Shown in pieces: positions 39,004 through 52,259 of a stretch of DNA of 64,000 nt. This DNA is from an uncultured Rhodocyclaceae bacterium (GTDB lineage Bacteria; Pseudomonadota; Gammaproteobacteria; Burkholderiales; Rhodocyclaceae), in contig CAZCLF010000005.1 in the NCBI GenBank assembly GCA_964499485.1, positions 27,335 through 91,334 on the forward strand, in the 5' to 3' direction. Both the position numbers and the translations under genes were made by a program. Each line of letters opens with the position of its first letter. Position 1 is the stretch's first letter. The notes under the pieces were generated by a model that was not told where the DNA came from, searched no databases, and saw only the letters and a list, made by a program, of their open reading frames with translations.

Positions 39004-41211
39004 CTACAGCACGTCGAGCTTGGCCACCGAGAGCGCCAGCCACTTAATGCCTGTGGCGCCGAAGTTAACCTGCACACGCGCATCGTTACCGCCACCTTCA
39101 GCGCCGATCACAACACCATGACCGAACTTAGCGTGCATGACGTTTGCGCCAATGCGCAAACCGGGCACACCGCCGGCCTCATGATCTCGCCGCACACTGG
39201 CCGACGCGCCTGCAGCGTTTTGGTACGCCGGGGCGGTGTAGCTACTGCCGCTCGAGAAGCCCCGCGTCTGCTTGGGCTTCAGCCATTTGAGCAGCGCCGG
39301 CGGAATCTCTTCCAAAAAGCGTGAGGCTGCGTTGTAACGCGTCTGTCCATGCAACATGCGTTGCTGGGAGAAAGACAGATAGAGGCGCTGCCGTGCACGC
39401 GTGATCGCCACATACATGAGGCGTCGCTCTTCTTCGACACCATCCAGCTCCATGGCCGAGTTTTCATGAGGGAACAAGCCTTCCTCAAGCCCGCTGAGAA
39501 AGACCATATTGAACTCCAGCCCCTTGGCCGAGTGCACTGTCATCAACTGCAGCGCATCATCGCCCTCGCCAGCCTGATGCTCGCCGGCTTCCAACGAGGC
39601 ATGGGCCAAGAAAGAAGCCAGCACGTTCTCATGCGTCTCCGGCGAGCCATCCTCGGCAAAGCGTTCCTCGGCAATGAAACTCGCCGCGGCACTAATGAGT
39701 TCGTCCAGGTTGGCGATACGGTCTTGGCCTTCCTTTTCGCTGCTGTAATGCTCTTTGAGCGTGGAGAGGGCAATCACGTGATCAATCTGTTCCGGCAACG
39801 GCAGATTGCTACTGCCTTCCTTCATGCGCGAAATCAGCTGGGCAAAACCGGCCAGTACGGCGCCGGGCTTCCCCGTCAACAGCGGGATCGCGGCGAACAG
39901 ACTGCAATTGTGTTGACGAGCGGTGTCTGCCAGCTGCTCGATGGAGCGGGCGCCAATACCACGGGTAGGGAAATTCACCACGCGGGCAAAGGCGGTGTCG
40001 TCATCGCTGTTGGCAATCAAGCGCAGGTAGGCCAAGGCATGCTTCACTTCCTGCCGCTCGAAGAAGCGCAAGCCGCCATACACGCGATAAGGCAGGCCCG
40101 CGCTGAAAAGGGCATGCTCCAGCACACGTGACTGCGCGTTGGAGCGATAGAGCAGGGCGATTTCGCTGCGCAGATGGCCATCGCGCACCAAGGCCTTAAT
40201 TTCCTCGACCAGCCACTGAGCTTCGTCGAGATCGCTGTAGGCTTCGAATACGCGAATCGGCTCACCCGCCCCGGCATCGGTCCACAGATTTTTGCCGAGA
40301 CGATCCGAATTGTTTTTGATCACCGCATTGGCGGCATCAAGGATATTGCCGTGCGAACGGTAGTTCTGCTCAAGGCGGATCACATTCTGCACTTTGAACT
40401 CGCGCTCAAAGTCGCGCATATTGCCGACATCAGCGCCACGGAAGGCATAGATAGACTGGTCGTCATCACCGACGGCAAACATGGCGGCACGGGCCTCACC
40501 GGTATAACCGGACATCAGGCGCAGCCAGCGGTATTGCAGCGGGTTCGTATCCTGAAACTCGTCAACCAGAATGTGCGAGAAGCGCTCCTGATAATGGCGG
40601 CGCAGCACTTCATTGCGGCTCAAAAGCTCATAAGTGCGTAGCAATAGCTCGGCAAAATCGACCACACCTTCACGCTGACACTGTTGGTCATAAGCGTCGT
40701 AAAGCTCGATGCGGCGGCGCGTGTGGTCGTCCCACGCCTCGACGGCGCCAGGGCGAATACCCTGCTCTTTCTGCGCATTGATGAAATGCTGCAGCTCACG
40801 CGGCGGAAACTTTTCGTCATCGACATTCAATTGCTTGAGCAAGCGCTTGATCGCTGCCTGCTGATCGGCCGAATCCAGAATTTGGAACAGCTGCGGCAGC
40901 CCTGCATCGCGGTAATGCGCACGCAGCAGGCGATTGCACAAGCCATGGAAGGTGCCCACCCACATGCCACGCGTATTGATCGGCAGCATGGAGGACAGCC
41001 GCGTCAGCATTTCCTTGGCGGCCTTGTTAGTAAACGTCACCGCCAGGATGCCGTGCGGTCCGACTTGCGCGGTCTGAATCAACCAAGCAATCCGCGTGGT
41101 CAGCACGCGCGTCTTTCCCGAACCGGCACCGGCCAGAATCAGGGCATGTTGCGGGGGGAGGGTAACGGCGGCGAGCTGTTCCGGATTTAAGCCGCGAAGA
41201 AGATCTGACAT
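39004..41211 (-). CDS. uvrD: DNA helicase II UvrD
   Basis: LNPEQ..AV......L.LAGAGSGKTRVLT.RIAWL is SF1 motif I. The C-terminus V.HAKFG.G.V......G...R.QV.F...G.KWL matches the E. coli UvrD tail. The start is taken at MSDLL (41211). Confidence 0.9.
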   Translation of the reverse strand: MSDLLRGLNPEQLAAVTLPPQHALILAGAGSGKTRVLTTRIAWLIQTAQVGPHGILAVTFTNKAAKEMLTRLSSMLPINTRGMWVGTFHGLCNRLLRAHYRDAGLPQLFQILDSADQQAAIKRLLKQLNVDDEKFPPRELQHFINAQKEQGIRPGAVEAWDDHTRRRIELYDAYDQQCQREGVVDFAELLLRTYELLSRNEVLRRHYQERFSHILVDEFQDTNPLQYRWLRLMSGYTGEARAAMFAVGDDDQSIYAFRGADVGNMRDFEREFKVQNVIRLEQNYRSHGNILDAANAVIKNNSDRLGKNLWTDAGAGEPIRVFEAYSDLDEAQWLVEEIKALVRDGHLRSEIALLYRSNAQSRVLEHALFSAGLPYRVYGGLRFFERQEVKHALAYLRLIANSDDDTAFARVVNFPTRGIGARSIEQLADTARQHNCSLFAAIPLLTGKPGAVLAGFAQLISRMKEGSSNLPLPEQIDHVIALSTLKEHYSSEKEGQDRIANLDELISAAASFIAEERFAEDGSPETHENVLASFLAHASLEAGEHQAGEGDDALQLMTVHSAKGLEFNMVFLSGLEEGLFPHENSAMELDGVEEERRLMYVAITRARQRLYLSFSQQRMLHGQTRYNAASRFLEEIPPALLKWLKPKQTRGFSSGSSYTAPAYQNAAGASASVRRDHEAGGVPGLRIGANVMHAKFGHGVVIGAEGGGNDARVQVNFGATGIKWLALSVAKLDVL

Positions 41212-41289
41212 GGTCGGATTATACCGGCGCCATCGACCAAGCCCGCGCATTCGGAAGGGGCCGGCTCAAAGGTAAGTTCGGTCCATTGA

Positions 41290-43959
<2,670 letters not shown>

Positions 43960-43967
43960 GGCCCATC

Positions 43968-44480
43968 ATGCGTAAGCTTCTGGCACTACTTTGCGTCACC
44001 CTGCTCACCGCGTGCGGCTTCCAGCTGCGCGGTAGTTACGCCCTGCCTTTCGACAGCCTCTACATTGCGCTGCCGGAAACAAACATCGTGCATGCCACGC
44101 TGAAGCGCAATATCGAGGCCTCCAGCAAGACACGTGTCGTTTATAGCGCCGAAGATGCTGAAGCCACGATGACCGTGCTGGCCGACCAACAACAGAAACT
44201 AATTCTGTCTCTGAGCTCAACCGGCCGGGTGCGCGAGTTCCAACTGATTCGTACCTTCGTGTTCCGCGTGCATGACCTGCAGGGCCGTGACTTCATCCCA
44301 CAAAGTACCGTGACGATACGCCGCGACCTGAGCTACAGCGATGATCAGGTGCTGGCCAAGGAAGCCGAAGAACAACTGCTGTGGCGCGACATGCAAAACG
44401 ACCTTGTGCAGCAGGTGATGCGCCGCTTGTCGCTGGCTAAGCCACCTAAATCTGCATCCGCCGATGCAACTTCGCGCTGA
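43968..44480 (+). CDS. lptE: LPS assembly lipoprotein LptE
   Basis: The lipobox is LLTAC|GFQLRG. It occupies the conserved leuS-lptE-holA position. Confidence 0.8.
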   Translation: MRKLLALLCVTLLTACGFQLRGSYALPFDSLYIALPETNIVHATLKRNIEASSKTRVVYSAEDAEATMTVLADQQQKLILSLSSTGRVREFQLIRTFVFRVHDLQGRDFIPQSTVTIRRDLSYSDDQVLAKEAEEQLLWRDMQNDLVQQVMRRLSLAKPPKSASADATSR

Positions 44481-45480
44481 TCAGCTCCAGCAACACCTGA
44501 GTCAACCGCTGGCGGGTTTGTACGTCCTGCATGGCGACGAACTGCTAACCATTGAGGCGACTGACGCGATTCGTGCCGCCGCCCGCAAGCAGGGTTACGA
44601 CGAGCGCGAGGTGCTGGTTGTAACCTCGAACTTCAAATGGGATGAGCTCACGCTGGCTGCTGGCAATCTGTCGCTGTTCGGTGGCAACAAGCTGATCGAC
44701 CTGCGCATTCCCTCAGGCAAGCCCGGTCGTGACGGTGGTGAGGCACTGCAAAAGCATGCCGCCCATCTGTCACCGGGCGTTGTCACGCTGATTTCTCTAC
44801 CCGAGCTTGACTGGCAAACCAAGAAAGCCGCTTGGTTGACTGCACTGGGCAATGCTGGGGTCATGCTGGAGCTGAATGCCCCCAGCCTGCACCAATTGCC
44901 AGACTGGATTGCACAACGCCTGGCGCGCCAGCAGCAAAACGCCCCACGCGAGGCCTTGGAATTCATCGCGACGCAGGTGGAGGGCAACCTGCTCGCCGCC
45001 CATCAGGAAATCCAAAAGCTCGGCCTGCTCTACCCTGCGGGTGCGCTAACGTCAGCGCAGATCGAGGAAGCCGTGTTGAGTGTGGCTCGTTATAACGTGG
45101 ATGGCTTGCGCACCGCCTTGCTGGCGGGTGATGCCGAACGCTGCGCCCGTCTGCTTGAGGGCTTGCATGCCGAAGATACGGCCCCACCTCTCGTCTTGTG
45201 GGCATTAGCCTCTGAGGCGCGCATCATTGCCGGTGTACGTAGCGCGGTGGATCGCGGCTTGTCATTTGACACTGCGCTGAGCAACCAAAAGGTTTTCGGG
45301 GCGCGCCAAGGGCCGTATCGCAATGCAGTGCAACGGATTTCGGCGAATGCAGCACGGAATGCCCTCTTGCACGCCGCACGCATAGACCGCATGATTAAGG
45401 GCTTGGCTCAGGGCGATTTGTGGGATGAGTTCCTGCAACTAGCCTTGCGGCTGGCCAGAACACCCGCACGGGGGGCCTGA
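44464..45480 (+). CDS. holA: DNA polymerase III delta subunit
   Basis: The N-terminus L..QL...L...Y.L.G.E.LL..E..D.IR resembles E. coli HolA, and it sits in synteny after lptE. Confidence 0.8.
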   Translation: MQLRADQLQQHLSQPLAGLYVLHGDELLTIEATDAIRAAARKQGYDEREVLVVTSNFKWDELTLAAGNLSLFGGNKLIDLRIPSGKPGRDGGEALQKHAAHLSPGVVTLISLPELDWQTKKAAWLTALGNAGVMLELNAPSLHQLPDWIAQRLARQQQNAPREALEFIATQVEGNLLAAHQEIQKLGLLYPAGALTSAQIEEAVLSVARYNVDGLRTALLAGDAERCARLLEGLHAEDTAPPLVLWALASEARIIAGVRSAVDRGLSFDTALSNQKVFGARQGPYRNAVQRISANAARNALLHAARIDRMIKGLAQGDLWDEFLQLALRLARTPARGA

Positions 45481-45503
45481 CACGCAGCAGGCAAAGGAAA
45501 GAT

Positions 45504-46787
45504 ATGAACGACAGACTCGATATCGCGCAATACATGGACAGCGTTGGTCAGGCCGCTCGCAGCGCCGCGACCGCGATGGCCAAGGCCGACACCAAGGCGA
45601 AAAACACCACGCTGTTGGCCCTCGCCCGCCTGCTGCGTGAACAGACCGCTGCCTTGCAGACCGACAATGCCAAGGACATTAGTGCTGCTGATTCCGCAGG
45701 ACTTGCCGCCCCGCTGGTCGATCGTTTGCGTCTGACACCAAAGGTGCTGGCCACCGTCGCCGAAGGCTGCGAACAACTCGCTGCCATGCCTGATCCCATT
45801 GGCGAAATCACCGGCGTGAAGCGCCGCCCCACGGGTATCAGTGTCGGCCAGATGCGCGTGCCGCTGGGCGTGTTCGGCATGATTTACGAAAGCCGCCCCA
45901 ACGTCACCATCGAGGCGGCTTCGCTCGCCATCAAGAGCGGCAACGCCTGCATCCTGCGTGGTGGCTCTGAGGCAATCCACTCGAATCTGGCACTGTGGAA
46001 GCTGGTACAGCAGGCACTTGTCGAAGCTGGTCTACCCGCCACGGCAGTACAGCTGGTCGAAACCACTGATCGCGCTGCTGTCGGTCGTCTGATCGCCATG
46101 CCCGAGTATGTGGACGTCATCATCCCGCGTGGTGGCAAGAGCTTGATTGAGCGTATCAGTGCCGAAGCCAAGGTGCCGGTCATCAAGCACCTGGACGGTA
46201 ACTGCCATACCTATGTCGATGCAGAAGTCGACATCGAGCAGGCGCTGGTGGTGACCGACAACGCCAAGACGCAGAAATACAGTCCTTGCAATGCGACCGA
46301 GTCGCTGCTCGTTCATGCGACCTCGGCCGCAGCATTCCTACCGAAGATCGGCGCCATCTTCGCCGCCAAGGGCGTGGAGATGCGCTGCGATGCGACGTCG
46401 AAAGTGATCCTGTCTCAGGTTTCGGGCGCGAATCTTGTCGACGCCACCGAAGAAGACTGGGGTACCGAGTATCTGGCGCCCATCATCAGCATTAAAGTGG
46501 TCAAGGATCTCGACGAAGCCATTGCCCACATCAACAAATACGGCTCTCAGCATACCGAGGCGATTCTGACCACCAATCATCCGAACGCGATGCGCTTCAT
46601 CCGCGAGGTGGATTCAAGCTCGGTCATGATCAACGCCTCGACACGCTTTGCTGATGGTTTTGAATACGGCCTCGGCGCAGAAATCGGCATTTCCACGGAC
46701 AAATTTCACGCCCGTGGGCCGGTGGGGCTGGAAGGTCTGACCTCACAAAAATGGATTGTGCTCGGCAACGGTGAAGTCCGCAGCTAA
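45504..46787 (+). CDS. proA: Gamma-glutamyl phosphate reductase
   Basis: An aldehyde dehydrogenase fold with ProA motifs: [21 protein letters not shown], and the CNA.E.LLVH catalytic Cys region. Confidence 0.93.
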   Translation: MNDRLDIAQYMDSVGQAARSAATAMAKADTKAKNTTLLALARLLREQTAALQTDNAKDISAADSAGLAAPLVDRLRLTPKVLATVAEGCEQLAAMPDPIGEITGVKRRPTGISVGQMRVPLGVFGMIYESRPNVTIEAASLAIKSGNACILRGGSEAIHSNLALWKLVQQALVEAGLPATAVQLVETTDRAAVGRLIAMPEYVDVIIPRGGKSLIERISAEAKVPVIKHLDGNCHTYVDAEVDIEQALVVTDNAKTQKYSPCNATESLLVHATSAAAFLPKIGAIFAAKGVEMRCDATSKVILSQVSGANLVDATEEDWGTEYLAPIISIKVVKDLDEAIAHINKYGSQHTEAILTTNHPNAMRFIREVDSSSVMINASTRFADGFEYGLGAEIGISTDKFHARGPVGLEGLTSQKWIVLGNGEVRS

Positions 46788-47262
46788 GTATTTCAACGCC
46801 ATCGTGCCGGCGCCGGGCTTTACGCTCGGCATCAACTGCACCGATGACTGGGTGGAGGAAATCGTTTTCCTGCCGCCTCAATATGAACGCATGCCCGACA
46901 ACCCGCTGGCCATGGAAACCATGCGCCAGCTGCGGGCCTGGCTAAAGAATCCATATTTCGAGTTCGGCCTGCCACTCAAACCCAGCGGAACGCCCTTCCA
47001 GCGCAAAGTGTGGGATGAGATCAGCGCCATTCCTTGCGGCCATACGTTGAGCTATGGCGATGTCGCATCTCTCATCAAGAGCGCACCCCGTGCCGTCGGC
47101 GGCGCGTGCGGCGCAAATCCGTTCCCCATTGTCGTGCCTTGTCATCGTGTGGTGTCCAAGAGTCAAACCTTCAATGCGGGCCTCGGCGGGTTTGCGCATT
47201 CGCGGGACGGACTACACCTCGATATCAAACGCTGGCTGCTGGCGCACGAACGCAAGGCATGA
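46756..47262 (+). CDS. ogt: Methylated-DNA-protein-cysteine methyltransferase (Ogt/MGMT family)
   Basis: FQRKVW..I..IP.G.T.SYG..A and the active-site VPCHRVV are present. The start is uncertain (TTG 46756, GTG 46771 or GTG 46804). It overlaps the proA 3' end. Confidence 0.8.
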   Translation: MCSATVKSAAKYFNAIVPAPGFTLGINCTDDWVEEIVFLPPQYERMPDNPLAMETMRQLRAWLKNPYFEFGLPLKPSGTPFQRKVWDEISAIPCGHTLSYGDVASLIKSAPRAVGGACGANPFPIVVPCHRVVSKSQTFNAGLGGFAHSRDGLHLDIKRWLLAHERKA

Positions 47263-48167
47263 ACGACGCCGACGCCGCTTTGATCGATGAATTTGCCGAT
47301 GCCTTGTGGCTGGCAGATGGGCTGGCAAAAAATACGCTGATTAGTTATCGCACCGACCTCAAGGGATTTGCGCTGTGGCTCCAATCGCAGTCCAGCAACT
47401 TGATGGCGGTGGAAGGCGCAACGGTGCATCGCTATCTGGCTTTCTTGCATAGTGGTGAAAAGCCCCTGCGCCCCAACTCGCAACGTCGCCTGCATTCCAC
47501 CCTGCGCCGCTTCTATCAATGGCTGTTGGCGGAGAATCGTATCCATATCGATCCGATGCTCGATATCGAGCGGCCCATGCCTTCGCAGCGTTTTCCCAAA
47601 ACCTTATCTGAAGGACAAGTTGAGGCCCTACTCGCCGCACCTGATATTCAAACGCCACGCGGGCTGCGTGACCGCGCCCTATTTGAGCTGCTTTACGCCA
47701 CAGGTCTGCGTGTCTCCGAGCTCACCAACCTCAAGCTGTTTGAACTCAGTCTGATTGATGGTGTGGTTCGCACCCGCGGTAAGGGCAACAAAGAGCGGCT
47801 GGTGCCGCTGGGTCAGGAAGCGATTGAGTGGCTACAGCGCTACCTCGATGCCTCGCGTCCGGTGTTACTCGATGGACAGATCAGCGATCATGTCTTCGTC
47901 GGTGAGGGCACCGGTACTGGCCTGACACGCCAGATGGCCTGGGTGCTGATCAAGAAGCACGCGCTGACGGCGGGCATTCCCACAGAAAAAATCTCACCTC
48001 ATGTACTGCGCCATGCTTTTGCCACGCACCTGCTCAATCACGGCGCCGATCTGCGCGTCGTCCAGCTGCTGCTAGGTCATGCGGACATCTCCACCACGCA
48101 GGTGTACACGCATGTGGCACGGGAGCGGCTGAAGCAGCTGCATCAGGTGCACCACCCGCGTGGTTAG
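47259..48167 (+). CDS. xerD: Tyrosine recombinase XerD
   Basis: [34 protein letters not shown] parallels the E. coli XerD N-terminus. The catalytic R...HVLRHAFATHLL...GH....TQVYTH is present. An ATGA overlap couples it to the ogt stop. The track start at 47034 lies inside ogt. Confidence 0.9.
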   Translation: MNDADAALIDEFADALWLADGLAKNTLISYRTDLKGFALWLQSQSSNLMAVEGATVHRYLAFLHSGEKPLRPNSQRRLHSTLRRFYQWLLAENRIHIDPMLDIERPMPSQRFPKTLSEGQVEALLAAPDIQTPRGLRDRALFELLYATGLRVSELTNLKLFELSLIDGVVRTRGKGNKERLVPLGQEAIEWLQRYLDASRPVLLDGQISDHVFVGEGTGTGLTRQMAWVLIKKHALTAGIPTEKISPHVLRHAFATHLLNHGADLRVVQLLLGHADISTTQVYTHVARERLKQLHQVHHPRG

Positions 48168-48617
48168 CTACTGATTGCCCTTGTACTTACGGTAGGTGCT
48201 GTAACTGCCATCCTTGTTCACCAGCAACACCTTGTAGTCATGCTTGACGCCGCGATAGGCGGGGCCGTCCATGCCGGGGGACCCAATCGGCATAGCAGGA
48301 ACTGACAAACCAAGGGCTTTAGGCTTTTCCTTGAGCAAACGCTTGATTTCACTAGCCGGTACATGCCCTTCGAGTGCATAGCCCGCGATTTTGGCGCTAT
48401 GGCAGGAACCCAGACTATCCGGCATGCCGAACTCGGCACGCTTAATGCCAGTATCAGCAGTTTCATTCACTTTGACGGCAAACCCATTCTGCTCTAGATG
48501 AGTCACCCAATCCTTGCAGCAACCGCATGTTGGTGATTTCAAGACTTCAACCAGCGGCTCGATGGCATGCGCCAGGCTGCTGATACAGAACAAAAGAATT
48601 GCCAGAATATTTTTCAT
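48168..48617 (-). CDS. DUF411 (CopG-like) periplasmic metal-binding protein
   Basis: It has a signal peptide, the CGCC motif (SPTCGCCKDW) and GMP.GSPGM, typical of DUF411. Confidence 0.75.
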   Translation of the reverse strand: MKNILAILLFCISSLAHAIEPLVEVLKSPTCGCCKDWVTHLEQNGFAVKVNETADTGIKRAEFGMPDSLGSCHSAKIAGYALEGHVPASEIKRLLKEKPKALGLSVPAMPIGSPGMDGPAYRGVKHDYKVLLVNKDGSYSTYRKYKGNQ

Positions 48618-48703
48618 ATTGCGGTTACGCCAAGCAAGCAATGCGGAATAGACAGAGGCCTGCCAACCCAGTTCCCTGGGTCTTGATGCCCGACCCTCTC
48701 TAC

Positions 48704-49051
48704 TCAGCGCCCACGCTCGATCTGCACCCCCACGCGCTTAACACCGCGCGCCACACCAACCTTGGCAATTGAGATCTTGACCCACGGCGCACCAAACTCA
48801 TTGAGCATGAGATTGATGACAAACTCGCCCAGTGTTTCCAGCAGATTGAAGTGGCGTTCGTGCAGCTCTTTGCGGATGCGCTCGATCACTACCGCGTAGT
48901 CGATGGTCTTGTTGATATCGTCGTCCATCGCCGCTTCGTCGGGTACGCCAAAAGTGAGATTAAGCTCCACCATCTGGGGCGTAACGCGTTCGCGGTCGTA
49001 AATGCCAACATTGGCCTCGACACGCATTTCTTCAATGAAGATAAAGTCCAT
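48704..49051 (-). CDS. folB: Dihydroneopterin aldolase
   Basis: The FolB pattern is present: MDFIFIEEMRVEANVGIYDRER...Q....L.....TIDY; 115 aa. Confidence 0.85.
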   Translation of the reverse strand: MDFIFIEEMRVEANVGIYDRERVTPQMVELNLTFGVPDEAAMDDDINKTIDYAVVIERIRKELHERHFNLLETLGEFVINLMLNEFGAPWVKISIAKVGVARGVKRVGVQIERGR

Positions 49052-49138
49052 GCAGCTTCCCTTTACAATGCGGGCATTCTAGAGAAATAGAGAGCACAGC
49101 GGGTGCGCTAGATCAGCCTTCCTGCGAAACAACGACCC

Positions 49139-49744
49139 ATGACTACCACTACAGCGATTTTTCTCGTTCTTGGTTATGCGCTCGGCTCAGTGCCGTTTGC
49201 CATCATCGTTTCCAAGGCCTTTGGCTTGGCTGACCCGCGCACTGTCGGTTCTGGCAACCCCGGCGCCACCAATGTGCTCCGCTCCGGCAACAAACTCGCT
49301 GCGGTATTGACCCTGCTTGGTGATGCACTCAAAGGTTGGGTAGCGATGTATCTTGCGGCCAAGCTCGGTGCCGACATGTTGGGAGTCACCCTCGCCGGGG
49401 TAGGAGCGTTTCTCGGCCACGTGTTCTCCGTCTTTTTGCGCTTCAAGGGCGGTAAGGGTGTCGCCACCGCTGCTGGCGCATTCTTCGGCTTTAGCGTGTG
49501 GCTGGGCTTGAGTGTTCTCGCCATCTGGCTGGCCACGGCATTGATCAGCCGCTACTCATCACTTGGTGCAATCGTTGCCTCTGTATCGGCACCATTTGCT
49601 GCGTGGTATTTGCTGCCGCACCCGGAACAAGCGGTGGCAGTGACCTTGATCGCTGTCGTTGTGGTGCGCCGTCACCGCGAGAACATTCAGCGGCTGATCG
49701 CAGGCACGGAAGGCAAAATGGGGAAGAAGAAAACCCCCGCCTAG
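49139..49744 (+). CDS. plsY: Glycerol-3-phosphate acyltransferase PlsY
   Basis: GSGNPGATNVLR.G and FKGGKGVAT motifs are present in a polytopic membrane protein. Confidence 0.92.
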   Translation: MTTTTAIFLVLGYALGSVPFAIIVSKAFGLADPRTVGSGNPGATNVLRSGNKLAAVLTLLGDALKGWVAMYLAAKLGADMLGVTLAGVGAFLGHVFSVFLRFKGGKGVATAAGAFFGFSVWLGLSVLAIWLATALISRYSSLGAIVASVSAPFAAWYLLPHPEQAVAVTLIAVVVVRRHRENIQRLIAGTEGKMGKKKTPA

Positions 49745-49789
49745 CCCTCTAGGCCCGGCAGGGGTCAGCCCGATTCGCCGCGTGACTTG

Positions 49790-50803
49790 TTAGATGGGCG
49801 AATTGATCTGATCCAGCGGCCAACGCGGGCGGATGGCAAAAGCTCCATCGCGTTTGGGTGCCATCTGTTTCATCAGTCGTTGCGCACCGCAGAAGGCAAT
49901 CATCGCGCCGTTGTCTGTGCATAACGCCACTTCCGGGTAGTACACACGAATCTTGTGCTTAGTGGCCATGGCGTTAAGGCGCTCGCGCAAACGCTTGTTC
50001 GCGCCAACCCCGCCCGCAACCACTAGACGCGACAAACCACAAGCACGGACTGCAGCCAACGACTTGCTTGCTAGCACCTCAGTGACAGCCTCCTGAAACT
50101 CAGCCGCAAGATCAGCAGGGCTGTCGGCAGCATTGCGGACCGCGGTAAGTACTGCGGTTTTCAAACCCGAAAAGCTGAAATCGAGATCACCGCTGTTTAG
50201 CATAGGGCGGGGTAGCTTGTGCTTACCGGCCACTCCCGACTCAGCCAGCTTGGCCAGTGCCGGCCCGCCCGGATAGCCGAGATTAAGCAGCTTGGCCGTC
50301 TTGTCGAAGGCCTCGCCCGCGGCATCATCCAGAGATTCGCCCAAAAGACGATACTCGCCGATATCCGTCACTTCCATCAACTGGGTATGACCACCGGAAA
50401 CGAGGAGCGCGACAAAGGGAAACTCGGGACGGTCGGTCGCGAGCAAGGGAGAAAGTAAATGCCCTTCCAAGTGATGCACCGGCAGAGCCGGAATATCTAG
50501 TGCCGCCGCCAGCGCCTCGGCAAAGCTAGAACCAACCAGTAAGGCACCGGCCAAGCCGGGGCCCGCAGTGTAAGCAATCGCTTCGATCTCAGCCCTTGCC
50601 TTGCCTGCCTCTGCCAACACAACCTCCAACAGTGGGATCAGGCGGCGAATATGATCGCGTGATGCCAGCTCTGGCACCACGCCACCGTAAGCCTCGTGCA
50701 TCGCCACTTGGGTATGCACCGCATGCGCGAGCAGACCGGCGTCGGTATCGTAGAGCGCGATACCGGTTTCGTCACAAGAAGATTCGATACCCAGAACCAG
50801 CAT
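49790..50803 (-). CDS. tsaD: tRNA N6-adenosine threonylcarbamoyltransferase TsaD
   Basis: The TsaD/Gcp motifs [13 protein letters not shown]...EGH and LVSGGHT are present. Confidence 0.95.
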   Translation of the reverse strand: MLVLGIESSCDETGIALYDTDAGLLAHAVHTQVAMHEAYGGVVPELASRDHIRRLIPLLEVVLAEAGKARAEIEAIAYTAGPGLAGALLVGSSFAEALAAALDIPALPVHHLEGHLLSPLLATDRPEFPFVALLVSGGHTQLMEVTDIGEYRLLGESLDDAAGEAFDKTAKLLNLGYPGGPALAKLAESGVAGKHKLPRPMLNSGDLDFSFSGLKTAVLTAVRNAADSPADLAAEFQEAVTEVLASKSLAAVRACGLSRLVVAGGVGANKRLRERLNAMATKHKIRVYYPEVALCTDNGAMIAFCGAQRLMKQMAPKRDGAFAIRPRWPLDQINSPI

Positions 50804-50845
50804 GAAAGATTACCTAAGCGGCCCGGCCACTAAATGACCACGCCT

Positions 50846-50873
50846 GAAAAGAAAAAGCCCCGACTCAGCGGGG
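50846..50873 (-). terminator. Rho-independent terminator of the S24-like repressor gene
   Basis: On the minus strand: GCCCCG-ctgagt-CGGGGC followed by TTTTTCTTTT, about 34 nt after the stop. Confidence 0.6.
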
Positions 50874-50906
50874 CATTGATTGTACGGCAGCGGTGTCGGT
50901 CGCCGA

Positions 50907-51614
50907 TCAGCGGCCCAGCAGGACGCGTGCCAGTACTTGCCCCACGACGGCAACACGGCCGCTGTCATCTGGAGTCTCGGCGAAGTCGGTCGGGGCGAGG
51001 ACTTCTTCGCTGAACTTGGCATTATCGCAAATCAGGCGGACTTCCTTCTTCAGGCCCGACTGTGCACGACGTACGACAAATTTATCATTCACGTGAAGGA
51101 CATACACGCCATTCGATTGAATGCGATTGACGCGTGGATCATAAATCACGATGTCACCTGAGCGCAGATAGGGCTCCATATCCTCGGACTGGATACGCAC
51201 CATCTTCACATCGCGCGGCAGGCCGATTTCACGTAGGGTCTCAGGCAGGGTGTAGATCGCGTGGCCATCTGCGGTGTTATCCGGGTGCAGATCGATCACG
51301 GCGTATTGCTCATCAACGATGTGAGCGCCGCTGCCCGCATCACCCATCACCAACTGTTCAACCGTTGTGTTGAGCGTCTTAGCAATTTCTGGCAAGCGGA
51401 ACAATTCCGGGACGCCATCGCCTCGGACCCAAGCCGTTGCCGTATTCTGGCTTACGTCAAATAGCTGGGCTACCGCAGTCACGCGGCCGTAGCCGGGCGG
51501 GATAGAGCCGCGGCGGTCTAGTGCTGCATTGAAGTTGGCCGCAAATTGACGGCGAAACTCCTGTTGGCGCTGGAGGCGCTCGTCGCCGGAATTGAGATGA
51601 ACGATGGTATTCAT
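50907..51614 (-). CDS. HTH + peptidase-S24-like (LexA/CI-type) regulator with a substituted catalytic dyad
   Basis: The HTH-like segment is VTAVAQLFDVSQNTATAWVRGDGVPELFRLPEIAKTL. The C-terminal S24 fold pattern is SEDMEPYLRSGDIVIYD...NGVYVLHVNDKFVVRRA. Compared with LexA GMSM...VKRL, the nucleophile Ser position holds Asp and the general-base Lys position holds Arg. Confidence 0.7.
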   Translation of the reverse strand: MNTIVHLNSGDERLQRQQEFRRQFAANFNAALDRRGSIPPGYGRVTAVAQLFDVSQNTATAWVRGDGVPELFRLPEIAKTLNTTVEQLVMGDAGSGAHIVDEQYAVIDLHPDNTADGHAIYTLPETLREIGLPRDVKMVRIQSEDMEPYLRSGDIVIYDPRVNRIQSNGVYVLHVNDKFVVRRAQSGLKKEVRLICDNAKFSEEVLAPTDFAETPDDSGRVAVVGQVLARVLLGR

Positions 51615-51865
51615 GTGAAGGATTCTACCCCATTAGTAAGTGAGGGCCAAGCTGCATATGGGTAAGCCCTACAGCTTGATTGGGCTTTCATCGGACACCT
51701 TGCCTTTCTTTAGGTTCCACATCCAATATCGTTTTCGTGCGCTTGATCGGTTGCTCCGCCCAAAATCATTCAATCTATTTTCGAACATTATTCCATTTCA
51801 CTTTTTGCCACAAGCCACTTTCTGAGTCATTACAGGTCGCGAAATCAATTCTTGTCAGATTTTCT

Positions 51866-51893
51866 TTGACAGCGCCGTCATAAGCGTTATAAT
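51866..51893 (+). promoter_or_regulatory. Near-consensus sigma-70 promoter for rpsU
   Basis: TTGACA (51866-51871), a 16-nt spacer, then TATAAT (51888-51893), 39 nt upstream of the rpsU ATG. Confidence 0.55.
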
Positions 51894-51932
51894 CGCCGGC
51901 TCTTTTTGTTACATCTTTTCAGGTACACCGCA

Positions 51933-52145
51933 ATGCCAGGTATCCGCGTCAAGGAAAACGAGCCGTTCGAAGTCGCCATCCGCCGCTTCAAGCGCGCGAT
52001 TGAAAAAACCGGTCTGCTGACCGAGCTGCGCGCACGCGAGTTCTACGAGAAGCCCACCGCCGAGCGCAAGCGCAAGCTGGCCGCCGCCGTCAAGCGCCAT
52101 CACAAGCGCGTGCGCAGCCAGACTCTGCCGCCGAAGCTGTACTGA
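51933..52145 (+). CDS. rpsU: 30S ribosomal protein S21
   Basis: [48 protein letters not shown]...; 70 aa, the canonical S21. Confidence 0.95.
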   Translation: MPGIRVKENEPFEVAIRRFKRAIEKTGLLTELRAREFYEKPTAERKRKLAAAVKRHHKRVRSQTLPPKLY

Positions 52146-52183
52146 TCGGCCGCCCCGGCTTCCGGGGTCGCATCTCACTGCTG

Positions 52184-52228
52184 AAAACCTCGGCTGCCGC
52201 CTATACTGAGCGGCAACTGAGGTTTTTC
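52184..52228 (+). terminator. Rho-independent terminator/attenuator after rpsU
   Basis: AAAACCTCGGCTGCCGC-loop-GCGGCAACTGAGGTTTT forms about 16 bp with one mismatch and ends in TTTTT. It is analogous to the internal terminator of the E. coli rpsU-dnaG-rpoD operon. Confidence 0.6.
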
Positions 52229-52259
52229 CTATTCCTGTTCGACATGTAAAGCACACATC

